This document shows, in pieces, positions 20,860 through 30,904 of a stretch of DNA of 64,000 nt; position 1 is the first letter of the stretch, and each line of letters opens with the position of its first letter. This DNA comes from an uncultured delta proteobacterium. GTDB taxonomy: Bacteria; Desulfobacterota; WTBG01; CAIYCZ01. The DNA is taken from the NCBI GenBank assembly GCA_963803975.1, contig CAWDOY010000001.1, positions 157,463-221,462 of the forward strand. Direction: 5' to 3'. The notes under the pieces are model-generated. The model worked only from the letters and a program-made list of their open reading frames with translations, ran no database searches and had not been told where the DNA came from. A program made the position numbers and the translations under genes.

Positions 20860-23147
20860 TTAACTTGCCTGCATTATTTCTTTGAGCAGTTTTACCGTCA
20901 TTTTAGCAGCCTCTTCAGGCTTTGTCGCCTGGTTGGAGATGCCGCACACGACTTTCACGATATTGTGGTCGCACTTCTTTTCTGCCCAGACTGTTGCCTT
21001 GGGCGCTGCGATATACACGGAGAATGCATTCTGGCCGGTGCCCGGCCGTTCGCCAATTATATGAATAACAGCTTTGTTCTTATTCGGGTCTGATTTTCCG
21101 AACAGAATATCGCCCGCCATGTATACCCGGCCCGCACGCGGCCGCTGGTACAACAATGTTCTGCTCCCCAACGGTCAGCCTGCATCTTTGAGCTCTTTTC
21201 TCACCTCGTAATATATGGCATGAGATGTCCCTGAGCCATGATTGAATTGGCGTTTAACCCGTCAGAGATAACAATCTGCACATCAGGATCTTTCCCTGCC
21301 CATGAATCCCGCAGCTTTTCAAGGGTTGCCACTGACTGCTCGTTCAGTTGTTCACCGGTAGTGGGACGGACAATGTAGTTTTCGCGGTCCTTCGACAGGG
21401 TAGCAAGCTGAACTGCATTGGGAATGGTCTTTATAAACTCCGGGGTAAACTCCGCCCAGATAGCTTTTTTGGCATCAGCGTAGAGTTCACGTATCCTCTT
21501 GTCCAGTCCCGGATTCAGATCCCAGATATTTTTACCATATCCGGAGGCCAGAGGTACTTTGTTTCCGGTCTCAAGCCACGTATTATAAATAGCATCAAAC
21601 TTCTGTTTGCCTTCAGCATATATTTCCTGTTCAGAGCGCTTGTCGCCTTTAGCTGCGCAGAACTGATAATATACCCAGATGGGATCTCCGAAGTGCTTGG
21701 TGGGTTTGCCGTTCTTGTCAATAACCTGGATGCGCTTGAAGAATTCCCACATGGCATCATTTACCTTGAAGCCGAATTTGTTGCGCAGGCGCACATGGTC
21801 CTGGTATGAGGTAGTCAGGTAGCTCAGCATCGGGTCATTCCTGGTAGGAAGAGCCATGAGATAGGCCGGGTTTGCCGGCATAATCTGATCCTGGCACCAC
21901 TGCAAGGTCATCAAGGCTTACTGACATGTGCAGGGTGGAGCAGATATCAAGGCCGGAAGTGAGCCCCTGCAGTTTGCCCATTAATATATCTTCAAGGCAG
22001 CAGCGCACCAGCTGTTCCTTGGTTCTGAACACCTCCGGGCCGATGAAACCGGCAACATCATTAAAATGAGTATAGGCGCCCTGCGGCTGGACTTCAGCAA
22101 GGGTCTGTTTCAGCCCGCGGGCAAACCCGTACTTGCGGGATTCAAGCACCACCATGTCCACGCCTTCAGCAGCGCCGTTGGTGAAATCAGAGCCCTGGCC
22201 GGTCTCGTAATACAGCCCGTATCGTCTGATCCTTGCGGGCTTTTGCATGATTGACCATCTTTTCAACGGTCACGTCAAACACCTTGTTTGCCGCGTCAGT
22301 TCCTGCCAGGCTCTGGAAGAAAAAATCAACCAGTTCCGGCTTCTCTTTAAAAAGTTCCCCCTGCACGTCAACATGGGATAACACGCACCAGGGAACAATC
22401 CCCTTTAATTTGAACGCATCGACAACATCCTTAAGGGCTGCTTCTACTTTTGCAGTTTGTTCTTTTGTCCCGTCCACCGGGTTAGTCCCGAGCACTAAAT
22501 CGCCTACCGCGTAGGAGAATCCATTAAGTGTCTGCCAGATAATTTCCTCGGGATCATCAGTGGGGGAATTGGGCTGAATGCGGGCGCTCAGATAGCCTTT
22601 GGCCCCGATCTTGGTGCCGGGCAGCGGATTGAAGATTTTCTTGTCTACCGCAATCAGCTCCTGATTGCTCATGAGTTTGGGCATACAGCCAACCACCTCG
22701 CTGTTCATGCCGTACATGACTGCCTTGATTTCAGCTTCAGGCTTGGTCAGGAGATAGGTTTTCATCTTCCCCATGGTCCAGTCCTTAATTTTTTCGTACT
22801 GGGCCGAATCAGTTGCTTGGGCGATAAATTTGTAAAGATTGTCATTAAGCAGGGGGTGCTCCGTGATATCCTTGATTTTGGTATTAGCTAAAAGCTTACG
22901 GGCATTTTCCCTGCTGGTATTATCGTCGGCAGCATACGCCGATTGCCTGGTCACCCTCTTTAAAGGCATTTGCCGCACCGATTACCTGCTGATACAGTGT
23001 CTGGTCAAAAGAACCCTTAACCCGTTCAATATATTTGAAGACATCTTCACCGGGTTTGACGTCCTTAATGGCGATGGCACTGCTGTACGTGCTGAAAGCA
23101 AAAACCCCGAGGGCAATCATCGCTGTGATCGCAATAAATCGTTTCAT
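20860..23147 (-). CDS. eutBC: fused EutB-EutC ethanolamine ammonia-lyase with N-terminal signal peptide (5 frameshifted ORF pieces)
   Basis: EutB motifs ARIQPNSPTDD, GTNPV, YETGQGS, VAGFIGPE, LEDILMGKL, MLSYLTT; EutC motifs RPTTGEQL, DVQIVISDGL, IGERPG. Confidence 0.9.
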
Positions 23148-23256
23148 ACGCTGATCCCTCCCATATAAAATAGGTTATTCAGGTTGTTTGCGTCCTGCTC
23201 GGTAAAACCCAAGACTCAATTTTTATAATTATTTGAGCATTTACTTCTTGCGCAAG

Positions 23257-23290
23257 TAAACAACCCCGCCTTTTCAGGCGGGGTTGTTTA
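23257..23290. terminator. hairpin between the porin-like gene and eutBC
   Basis: TAAACAACCCCGCC-ttttca-GGCGGGGTTGTTTA. Confidence 0.7.
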
Positions 23291-23327
23291 GCTGTACGCT
23301 TCTTTCAAATCATAGTTGTCAGTCAGC

Positions 23328-24153
23328 TCAGAAAGCCACTTTAAGAGTAACGCCGCCATAGACCCAGCTGGAATTTGTATTTGAGTCGGGGCCGCGTGTT
23401 ATAGCATTGAAACTGCTCTGTCTGATATTGGTCTGCGCTTTATTGCTCATCGGACATGAGTAGTTAATTGACGGCACGATCGTTACAAAGCTGTTGAGCG
23501 GGATGTTGTATGCCGCCCAGATGTTGGCGTCGTGCATGGCCTCGTAGTCGTAACTCGTGCTGTTGATGCTCATGTAGCTGATCCATCCGCCCACATCCAG
23601 AGACTGTTCTCCGCAGTAACCGAAGATTTCTCGTTTGCCCGTGGAAAAAGAGTGGGATACCCCTAAATTAATATACCAGCGGTCTCCGCCCAGGGCTATT
23701 TCCCGGTATATGCTGAGGGTCGGCTTGAGCAGCACATCAAGGCCCAGGGTCGTAAACAGTTCCTGGCTGGCTCTGGTGATACGTGGAGGGATCGATATCG
23801 TAATAGATGTAGCCGAAGGTGTAGTTCAGTTTTTTCCAGCTGTTGCTGTAGGTGAGTATCCAGTCTGTTTCCCACCATTTATTCTGGGAATCTTCCCCCG
23901 GGTTCCCCTTATATGCGGTATCAAGATCGCCCCACATATTCATGCTGAACCCCTTGTAGGAAACGGTAATGGAGGGGAACATCACCAGGCTGTCCTTGCT
24001 CAGTTCATACCCTCTCCACACATACTTTGAATAGAATGTCCAGGAGAGGTTGCAGGTAGGCCGCTCCTCCTTGTCCTCCTGGGCAAGCACCGCGGTGCTG
24101 AACGAAAACACCATGAGGCCAAGCATAATTGTTAGAAGAATTTTTTTACCCAT
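23328..24153 (-). CDS. putative outer-membrane beta-barrel porin (TorF/TIGR02001-like; frameshift near 23760)
   Basis: Signal peptide, SKYVWRG, ETDWILTYS, GYIYYD, C-terminal GVTLKVAF. Confidence 0.7.
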
Positions 24154-24243
24154 TATGTACTCCTTTCATTTAGTTTTTAAGTTCTAATATCTCGCCAGTT
24201 TTCATTACATTTTCATGTGATACCTTCAACCGTACTATCAATT

Positions 24244-24696
24244 TTATTCTGCGGCTTCAGGGGCTACAATTCTTGTGCCGCTAAAGAAGAAAAAAATGGG
24301 ATCCGTGGGAACGCCCTCCCCTTTCAGCAATGCAAGCCCCACTCCTAACATGGTCTTACCTTCACTAAGTATCGCGCCGGTAAAATACATGGAGAGGCTT
24401 GAAGCAGCTATGCCGCCAACTTCCACATCGTAAGCGCTATAGGTAGTAAGAAAGTATGTGTTTGGATCCAAGACATACGTGTAATATGATCCTTTGCCAG
24501 CCCCAAGCGAAAGCAGGAACACAGTGTCTGTTTGAAAGGTAGCATCTGCATTGAGGTTTATACCGACTGATGTCATAATCGACAACCGATACACGCTTCC
24601 TGTCAGCACTGTTTGAGCGTTTGCGGCTACTGAAGAAATGCCGATTAACAGAACCGCGCAAAAGCAAATAGCTAATAGTTTTTGTTTTTTCAACAT
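24244..24696 (-). CDS. secreted hypothetical protein
   Basis: Signal peptide ending ANA-Q; GGAGG RBS. Confidence 0.7.
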   Translation of the reverse strand: MLKKQKLLAICFCAVLLIGISSVAANAQTVLTGSVYRLSIMTSVGINLNADATFQTDTVFLLSLGAGKGSYYTYVLDPNTYFLTTYSAYDVEVGGIAASSLSMYFTGAILSEGKTMLGVGLALLKGEGVPTDPIFFFFSGTRIVAPEAAE

Positions 24697-24746
24697 AGTG
24701 TCCTCCTTTTTGTTTGGTTTGTTAACAGTTCTTTACCCCTTGTTTT

Positions 24747-25208
24747 TTACTCTACAACTATTGTGCCCGTGAACTCCTTGCCTGCTTCGATTGCTCCCTT
24801 CTGCCCCGCGGCTTTCATTTGGGAAGGCCGCGTAACTGTATACTTGTATGTTCCCCTTTCAATAAAGCAGATGCTTGCCACCGCACCGAATTTAACCTTT
24901 TTGGCAATAAAAGCGCCCTTTGAATCCTTGTTGAAATTGACCGGGTTCTCGCAGGCAGTGGTTATCTCTTTATCGGGAAATATTATTGACACCGGTGCCA
25001 TGGCTTCGTTGAGCCAGATTACCGTGGTCCCGAGATTGACCTTCAGGGTTTCAGGACTAATGCCGTTGGGATAGTTAACCTTGATGACCTGGTGCCCCGC
25101 AAGTGTCTTTTCCTGGGCTGCGCCTTCCTCTTTTGCCATGGCAGTATTGAAAGGAATCAGGATTAAACCAATACAGGCAACTAATAATAAAACCTTTATT
25201 ACTTTCAT
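24747..25208 (-). CDS. secreted cupredoxin-fold-like protein
   Basis: Signal peptide; PETLKVNLGTTVIWLN and F..RGTYKY; GGAGG RBS before MKVIKV. Confidence 0.6.
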   Translation of the reverse strand: MKVIKVLLLVACIGLILIPFNTAMAKEEGAAQEKTLAGHQVIKVNYPNGISPETLKVNLGTTVIWLNEAMAPVSIIFPDKEITTACENPVNFNKDSKGAFIAKKVKFGAVASICFIERGTYKYTVTRPSQMKAAGQKGAIEAGKEFTGTIVVE

Positions 25209-25738
25209 AGATACCTCCGTGCTGATTATTTTGTTTTTGAGCTGCAAGAAAAACTTCCCCTATATAGCGTCTCTTTTAAAAAGAGTTATAAAAATTATGT
25301 TGTTCGGAAAAAAACAAGATGCCGCCGTTAGTACTTTATAGTAGCTGTAACAGCTCAGTATAAATAGTAGAGCAGCATCCTATAGCAGACGCAATCTTTG
25401 TCTCCTCAGTTAATAACCATGATGGTTTTGCCAACCATCCCCAACCCCCTGTTGCCGGAGGATTAATTTATTAAGTTTAACTAAACACCTTGATTTTATA
25501 ATGTCAAGCGTTTTTTTTATTAAATAATATAATATTTCCGCTCTACTTGTAGCCCTACGATAAGAGTTTTCAAGAAAAAATTAATTTTATATTTATAGTA
25601 ATATTAATTTATTTTGCAAATAATGTTTATTGCACGGGTGATATTTAATTGACTGTTAAGGACTTTTGATATAAGGGTACACATAATTATAATGTACCGG
25701 GTGGTGTGCAGAGAACAACTTTTTACAGGGGGTCTTGC

Positions 25739-26569
25739 ATGAAGAAGAAAATGAACAAGGCCGGAGGTGCGGCAATAGTAATTGCATTAGTATGTATTGC
25801 GGGATGCTCATTCATCGAGTTGCGCTCGCCCGTAGTTATCCATACCGGGCAGAAAGCCGGCGGCGAAGCACCAGCAGCCTCTGTTCAGACTGACACAACA
25901 GCCCTGGAACCATCACCCTCTGCAGAGGTTACGGGTGAGAGCACCTCTCCGGCAGGCATCCAGGTTTTAACTGATCAGGATCTCAGCCAGCGCCGGTATT
26001 CGTCACTTGGCCGCATTACGGTTACAAGCCCGGACAAGAAAGGGTTCACCAGCGAACAGGCAGAGAAGGATCTGAAGATAATGGCCTTCAAGCGCTTCGG
26101 CGCCCTTGCCCAGGGGATTGCTAAAATTGAATACCAGGAGAAGTCCGGGCTGTTTTCTGCAGGACAAAACATCTATCGTGAAGCATCAGCAGAGGTGATG
26201 ACCATGGCAACCGCGGGGGAGGCTGCTCAAGCAGGGGAACAGGCCTCAGTGCAAAGCGGCGGCACCATCCCTTCCCTTGAAAATATTGTTGTTGTTTCCT
26301 CTGATGAACTTTTTAACCGCAATTTCAAAGTGCTGGGCAAAGTAACGGTGCGTGACGCAACCCCCGAGGGCATGAGTGAAGAACAGGCGGTTAAATCCCT
26401 GAAAATCGAGGCCTACCGCCTTTTCGGCTCACGGGCAAAGGGACTGAGCAGTCTCAAGCTGAAAAAAGAATATCCCATCTATTTTTATAAAAAGCCGCAA
26501 TACAGCCCGCCACCGCAAGTGGCCAAGGGCTATAATAAAGCAACCGCGGAAGTTTTGTACTGGCCTTGA
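25739..26569 (+). CDS. lipoprotein with two repeated domains
   Basis: Lipobox IAGC; duplicated LG[RK][IV]TV...EQA.K.LKI.A...FG..A.G...A[ST]AEV. Confidence 0.75.
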   Translation: MKKKMNKAGGAAIVIALVCIAGCSFIELRSPVVIHTGQKAGGEAPAASVQTDTTALEPSPSAEVTGESTSPAGIQVLTDQDLSQRRYSSLGRITVTSPDKKGFTSEQAEKDLKIMAFKRFGALAQGIAKIEYQEKSGLFSAGQNIYREASAEVMTMATAGEAAQAGEQASVQSGGTIPSLENIVVVSSDELFNRNFKVLGKVTVRDATPEGMSEEQAVKSLKIEAYRLFGSRAKGLSSLKLKKEYPIYFYKKPQYSPPPQVAKGYNKATAEVLYWP

Positions 26570-26575
26570 TGTTTT

Positions 26576-26971
26576 ATGATTACAAAGCTGCTGACCGGCG
26601 CTATTATCATATGCCTTTTTTTCAGCTGCTGCCGTTTTACCAGACCCGCTAAAATCAACACAGGCCCGGAGTTCATAACCTTTGAAGCTGACCTCGGGCC
26701 TGTTCTTTTTTACCACCGCAAACACCAGCGCTCTCTGAAACAGAACTGCGTCCAGTGCCACCATAAGGGCAGCGAAAAGACCCCTGCCTGCCGGAGCTGC
26801 CATAAAAAGAAGCAAGATACTGCTGAAGAAGACCCGATCTGCTTTTTTGACGTCACGATGAACCTGTGCCGCGGGTGTCATCAGCGGGAGCGCGACCAGG
26901 AGACCTCAAAAAAAGCCCCCATCCACTGCAACGAGTGCCACGACACGAAAAAAATAAAGTGGTCAAAGTAA
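26576..26971 (+). CDS. tetraheme cytochrome c3-family protein, probable lipoprotein
   Basis: GPVLFYHRKH and four CxxCH motifs (CVQCHH, CRSCH, CRGCH, CNECH). Confidence 0.9.
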   Translation: MITKLLTGAIIICLFFSCCRFTRPAKINTGPEFITFEADLGPVLFYHRKHQRSLKQNCVQCHHKGSEKTPACRSCHKKKQDTAEEDPICFFDVTMNLCRGCHQRERDQETSKKAPIHCNECHDTKKIKWSK

Positions 26972-27181
26972 GCAACTTTTCATTGCTGAGAACTCGCCAC
27001 TCCATAAGTGACTCGTGACCCGTGGCCCGTGACCCGTACTCATCACTCAGCACTTATCTTCTGCCTGCCCCGAGCGCAGTCGACGGGGTGTCTTTTCCCT
27101 GTACGCAAAATTATCAGCGGTTTTATTTGCTTACACGCAAAACTTCTTGACGCCTGTTTGCCCCCTGATATATAACAAATT

Positions 27182-28354
27182 ATGATAAAAAATCGCTATC
27201 TGAACGAGATTATTGTAGAAGATCTGGCGGACAAGATGGTTTTTGTCGGCGGCCCCCGGCAGGTCGGTAAAACAACCCTGTCAACGGATATCGTATCCCG
27301 GCACTTTAAAAGCTATGGCTATTTCAACTGGGATAACCGGCACGACCGGAAGAAAATAATGGCTTCGGAGTGGCCGGGTGATGCCGAGTTGCTGATTCTT
27401 GATGAAATCCATAAATATAAAAAATGGAAGACCCTGTTAAAAGGCGAGTATGACAAGCTTAAGCATACCTATAAGTTTCTGGTAACCGGCAGTTCGAGAC
27501 TTGATATATACCGCAGGGGAGGCGATTCCCTGCAGGGCCGCTATCATTATTTCCGCCTGCATCCGTTTACTCTGGCTGAAATTCTTGAGAAAAAAAACCG
27601 GCTGCAGCCGTTTTCAGAGATTGTCATCGGGAATGACGATCATGCAGCAGAGCTTGAGGGGCTTATGCGCTTTGGCGGGTTCCCGGAGCCGCTTTTTAAA
27701 CAGAACACGCGCTTTTTGCGCCGCTGGCATAATGAGAAGAATGAACGGCTGTTCCGTGAAGACATCCAGGACATGGCGCTGATACGTGACCTGTCGAACA
27801 TGAAATTGCTGAGCGACCTGCTGCCGAACAAGGTCGGCTCGCTGCTGTCGATAAATGCCATCCGTGAAGACCTTGAGGTAAGCCACCGCGCAGCCGCCAG
27901 CTGGCTTGATGTGCTGGAATCGTTTCATTATCATTTCAGGATATATCCTTTTGCCGGAAGGACCATCCGTTCGATAAAAAAGGAGCCGAAGCTGTATCTG
28001 TGGGACTGGTCTGAAGTCGAAGATGAATCTGCCCGCTTTGAAAATCTCATCGCGTCCCATCTGCTGAAACTGGTGCACTTCCTTCATGATTATGAGGGAT
28101 GGAAGGCCGGGCTTTATTTTTTAAGAAATGTTGATAAAAAAGAGGTGGACTTTCTGGTGACGGTCAATGAGAAACCCTGGTTTGCCGTGGAAGTCAAACG
28201 CGCCGACCGCACTATTGCAACTCCGCTCTATTATTTTAAAGAAAAACTAAAGATTCCATATGTATATCAGGTCATCTCCCTTTCCGGCATTGATACTCTG
28301 AAAAACGGCGTGCGCCTGGTTTCTGCAGGCCGGTTTTTATCCGCGCTTCTATGA
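27182..28354 (+). CDS. AAA_14 / DUF4143 ATP-binding protein
   Basis: GPRQVGKTT, ILDEIH, VTGSS, DSLQGR, GGFPE, FEN, EVDF, VEVK. Confidence 0.9.
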   Translation: MIKNRYLNEIIVEDLADKMVFVGGPRQVGKTTLSTDIVSRHFKSYGYFNWDNRHDRKKIMASEWPGDAELLILDEIHKYKKWKTLLKGEYDKLKHTYKFLVTGSSRLDIYRRGGDSLQGRYHYFRLHPFTLAEILEKKNRLQPFSEIVIGNDDHAAELEGLMRFGGFPEPLFKQNTRFLRRWHNEKNERLFREDIQDMALIRDLSNMKLLSDLLPNKVGSLLSINAIREDLEVSHRAAASWLDVLESFHYHFRIYPFAGRTIRSIKKEPKLYLWDWSEVEDESARFENLIASHLLKLVHFLHDYEGWKAGLYFLRNVDKKEVDFLVTVNEKPWFAVEVKRADRTIATPLYYFKEKLKIPYVYQVISLSGIDTLKNGVRLVSAGRFLSALL

Positions 28355-28690
28355 TATCTCCGCCTCCCTATCCACGCACCCCGATTCCCCAATTCCCAAA
28401 TACGCCTTCCACTTTTCACCTTTCACGTTTCACATTCTTCGTTTTTCAATCTGGAATCTCAAATCTGAAATCTGCAATTTTCTACACCTATTCACCCATT
28501 CACCGACTCACCAAATTTCTCTCATCACTCGTTACTCAGCCCGTCCTCCGCAGTAGCCTGCTACGAAGGGTGGACAGAGTTCACTGTGATTTTTCTATTG
28601 CCACTTGCCTATTGCCTGACGCCTTTCGCCTCTCGCCTTTTCCGTGTCACGTGTCACGTATTCGATTCCGCAATCCGAAACCGGGAAATG
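28355..28690. repeat. mosaic array of short tandem repeats
   Basis: Blocks of TTCCCCAA, TTTCACC, AATCTGA, TCACCCAT, TTGCCTA, TCGCCTC, GTCACGT and AATCCGC units. Confidence 0.75.
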
Positions 28691-28784
28691 CTTTTGACAA
28701 TAGCGGCACTTTATGGTGTATAGGAATTGGTATGTTCGCTAGTGCTGCTGACGGGTGTATCATCTGCTTAGAGAGCTGATACTA

Positions 28785-29649
28785 ATGGAAGAAAATGGCA
28801 TTCTGCAGACATTTCGTGCGATTCGTAAATACAGCCGCTGGTTTGCTGCATTCTGGTTTATAGTCGCCGGCAGCATGCTGCTAAAGGGCATTGTTGATAT
28901 TTTCAGTGATCCGGGTAATGCCGATTCGTGGTTTTCATTACTGGCAGTCATAGGCATTTTCGCGCCTGCCTATGTTTTCTGGAAAACGCCGGACTGGATG
29001 ATCAGCAGGTTACAGGCTCAGCTGTCACAGGCCATGCAGGATCCTGCTAAAGAAATACAGGTGAAAAAGGCTGAGGCCGGTCCGGCACTGTTTGAACATA
29101 TTGAAATCAGCAATAAAAATGCAAAAGAGAAATTCGTCCAGGAGGATCAATACGGACGGGTAATTTTTGACAGCACCACGCGCCCCATACGCCTTATTTT
29201 TGGCGGCTCTTTTCTGCTAATAGGCTTGATCATCGGCGGATTAATATTTACCTTCTCAAACGATACCGGATTCTTTGAATACATCTTTGTGGGCGGATGG
29301 GTACTGTTTTGCCTGATCACCATGGGCTATGTGTATGAAGTAACCATCGATAAAAGTACCGGGCACTGCTGAGCGCAAAGCGGGCTGGTTTTTTATTGTT
29401 TTCAGGCAGCAGTTTTACCTGATGGATTTTTCGCAGGTAGCGGTGGAAAGCGCATTCTACCGGCAGCGTCATGACACCCTGAGAGACCAGTATCGCTCTG
29501 AAGACCCTACATTCAGAGTAAATCTCTGCGGCAAAAAAGAACTCAATGTGCGGGTGTTCAGCTATCTCACCGATGCCCGCAGCATGGCACAAGAGCTTGC
29601 CGCATATTTACAATTACCCCTGGAAGAGAAGACTGATATACGGGTTTAG
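28785..29649 (+). CDS. membrane hypothetical protein (frameshift near 29370)
   Basis: Four TM segments in the first ORF; coding continues in 29422-29649. Confidence 0.6.
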
Positions 29650-29696
29650 CTGCTCTGCAGAACAGGTAACAGTATTTTAAAAGGAGGCATGGTTTT

Positions 29697-30302
29697 ATGC
29701 TGAAAAAATGGATGTATCTTTGGCTGATAGTGCTGCTCATCTCTGTTGCCGCGCGGGAAAGCGCAGCCGGGGAGAAACTCATTCCTTTTGAGGATGCGGG
29801 CACGTGGGGCTATAAAAATGCCTCCGGCCAGGTGCTCATTAAACCGCGCTTCAACATGGCGAAGGCTTTTTCTCCTGAGGGGATTGCAGCAGTTGTGGAT
29901 GAGACGGGCTGGGCCTATATAAATGAAAAGGGTGAAACGGTCATCAGGCCTTTTGTCGTTGATAATGGACCTGATTATTTCAAGGAAGGATTGGCCAGAT
30001 TTAGAACTGATAACAAGTTTGGTTTCTTTGACCGCAGGGGTAAGATCATTATCAGCGCCCAGTTTGACTTTGCCTTTCCCTTTCACGAAGGACTGGCGGC
30101 TGTTTGTGCGGGATGTAATGAAGAACCAGAAGGTGAATATCATTCTGTGAAAGGCGGAACGTGGGGATATATCAATAAGCAGGGAAAAATTGTCATTCCA
30201 GCCCGATTTGAGGAGGCAGGGAATTTCGAGAAAGGGAAGGCAGCGGTAAAAGTTAAGAGTAAAAAGGTATTCGTTGATAAAAAAGGAAATATTATCAGAT
30301 AG
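29697..30302 (+). CDS. WG-repeat (KWG) secreted protein
   Basis: Repeated WGY/FGF..G..II.P.F..A..F.EGLA.V units. Confidence 0.9.
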   Translation: MLKKWMYLWLIVLLISVAARESAAGEKLIPFEDAGTWGYKNASGQVLIKPRFNMAKAFSPEGIAAVVDETGWAYINEKGETVIRPFVVDNGPDYFKEGLARFRTDNKFGFFDRRGKIIISAQFDFAFPFHEGLAAVCAGCNEEPEGEYHSVKGGTWGYINKQGKIVIPARFEEAGNFEKGKAAVKVKSKKVFVDKKGNIIR

Positions 30303-30421
30303 CGTATGCGATAGTCTGTACAAACCAACGCAAAAGTTCCGACCCTGAACTCTCTCGCCTGGTGCCTTTTCTTCCTTCGGGTCACGGGTCACGTGCCACG
30401 AGTCGCGTATTTCAATATCTA

Positions 30422-30450
30422 TTGACACCGTCAAACTAATGGAGTATTAA
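30422..30450 (+). promoter_or_regulatory. sigma70-type promoter of the riboswitch leader
   Basis: TTGACA-N17-TATTAA directly upstream of the riboswitch. Confidence 0.65.
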
Positions 30451-30454
30451 TTTT

Positions 30455-30622
30455 AACATAAAGGTACCTGCTATGGTTTAAAAGGGAAGATGGTGAGAAT
30501 CCATCATGGTCCCGCCGCTGTGATCGGGGACGAAATCCACGTAATGCCACTGTCCTGAGATGAATCGGGATGGGAAGGTTTGGAGAGTAGGATGATCCGA
30601 AAGTCAGAAGACCTGCCTTTAT
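30455..30622 (+). ncRNA. cobalamin riboswitch
   Basis: AAAAGGGAA..GGTGAGAATCC...CCCGCCGCTGTGA, GCCACTG, GGGAAGG and B12 box AAGTCAGAAGACCTGCC, upstream of cob genes. Confidence 0.95.
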
Positions 30623-30676
30623 GATAGCAGTCGCGGAACTCGATCCTTGCATAAAAGGGTGAAGTAAACTGGGTGC

Positions 30677-30718
30677 AACCCTCAGGCTGTAGTTATGACC
30701 TGAGGGTTTTTGTTTTTT
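30677..30718 (+). terminator. riboswitch expression-platform terminator
   Basis: AACCCTCAGG-loop-CCTGAGGGTT followed by a T-tract. Confidence 0.85.
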
Positions 30719-30904
30719 GAACCAGATGAACCACAGTAGGACACAGAGGTTACATTGTATAATTTTGATTTGTCTTCTGGGTCGTCCCTGTGATGTTTTA
30801 ATAATTACAGCTATTTACATAACGGTTATTCTGCCATCGGCGAGCGCTCAGAGAACCGCAGTATTGGGGGAATTAGATTCTTCTGAGATCTCAGTGGTTA
30901 TCTT

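Noticed and set aside
20860..23147. Programmed frameshifting or pseudogenisation of eutBC
   Set aside because: Its indel density is similar to that of housekeeping genes in the window, consistent with read error
25385..25445. c-di-GMP-I riboswitch or ANTAR hairpins
   Set aside because: GGCAAAACC and GACAAAG resemble parts of these motifs, but the remaining consensus and loop lengths do not fit
28351..28779. 142-aa ORF
   Set aside because: It translates a mosaic short-repeat spacer and has no protein-like motifs
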